From: Octopus sinensis
Taxonomy: Eukaryota
Assembly (NCBI RefSeq): GCF_006345805.1
Contig: NC_043006.1
Location: 85,498,001 to 85,562,000 of the forward strand
Length of the DNA stretch: 64,000 nt
Direction of reading: 5' to 3'
Shown: one piece after another, positions 63,421 to 64,000 of the stretch
Position numbering within the stretch: the stretch's first letter is position 1
Layout: every line of letters starts with the position of its first letter
Position numbers and translations under genes: made by a program
Notes under the pieces: generated by a model
Told to the model about the DNA's origin: nothing
Databases searched by the model: none
What the model saw: only the letters and a program-made list of their open reading frames with translations

Positions 63421-64000
63421 TTAGCAGTATCGCCCGGCGTTGCTCGGGTTTGTAAGGGAAATAACTATATAAGCATTTTAGAGAGTTACTTCCCTTATAT
63501 AACCCGAGCAAAAAATCATTAAAAATGCAGAAAAATTATGGTAAATTTTTTTAAAATCGTAGACGAGCGCTAATACCCAGAAGGGCTCGATATGAATGAC
63601 GACTATAAGATACCCGCTTTTGGTTAAACTGCACTGCAAAATGTGGGAGTAGTTAGGAATCTAAATCGGAGGAGACAGAGTCTCATCCACACAACTTCAA
63701 TTTTATATATAACTAGCAGTATCGCCCGGCGTTGCTCAAGTTTGTAAGGGAAATAACTATAAAGCATTTTTAGAGAGTTATAGCCAAAAAATACCAAAAA
63801 AATGCATTAAAATGGAAAAATTGATGGTAAATTTTTTTTTAAATCGTTGACTCATCGTAGACATTTTTAGAGAGTTACATCCCTTAGCGAAAAAAATGCA
63901 TTAAAATGGAAAAAAATGGTGGTAATTAATTTTTAAAATCGTAGACTCATCGTAGACGCGCGCTAATACCCAGAAGGGCTCGATATGAATCACGACTATA
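63421..64000 (-). mobile_element. Tandem head-to-tail Helitron copies (run off the window)
   Basis: (C/T)TAGCAGTATCGCCCGGCGTTGCTC at 63421 and 63713, same family as 17814-18208. Confidence 0.8.

Overview
This is AT-rich, repeat-dense animal DNA, most likely an octopus or related coleoid cephalopod. That assignment is inferred from the SINE, RTE and microsatellite landscape, not from a database match. Two intron-rich genes converge tail-to-tail. ADCK5 (+ strand) has 12 coding exons from 12928 to 35382 (about 586 aa), a probable non-coding first exon near 6.4-6.6 kb and an uncertain last exon. PSMA4 (- strand) has 8 coding exons from 56843 to 43181 (259 aa). The remainder is mostly tRNA-derived SINEs, RTE/CR1/R4/HERO-like LINE fragments, mariner, piggyBac, hAT and Merlin-like DNA elements, Helitrons and microsatellites. 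The most notable content is a set of Penelope-like elements (PLEs) carrying hammerhead ribozyme (HHR) motifs. One 5'-truncated Naiad-type PLE keeps an unbroken RT plus GIY-YIG frame with about 250 aa of Asn-rich insertions. It ends in a canonical type I HHR with a long branched stem II. It is bracketed by about 260-bp inverted repeats of a second family whose HHR has a compensatory G3-C8 core swap and a palindromic stem III that suggests dimer-dependent cleavage. A third, minimal HHR lies between the two genes. All ribozyme calls are from manual motif and base-pair inspection and are untested.
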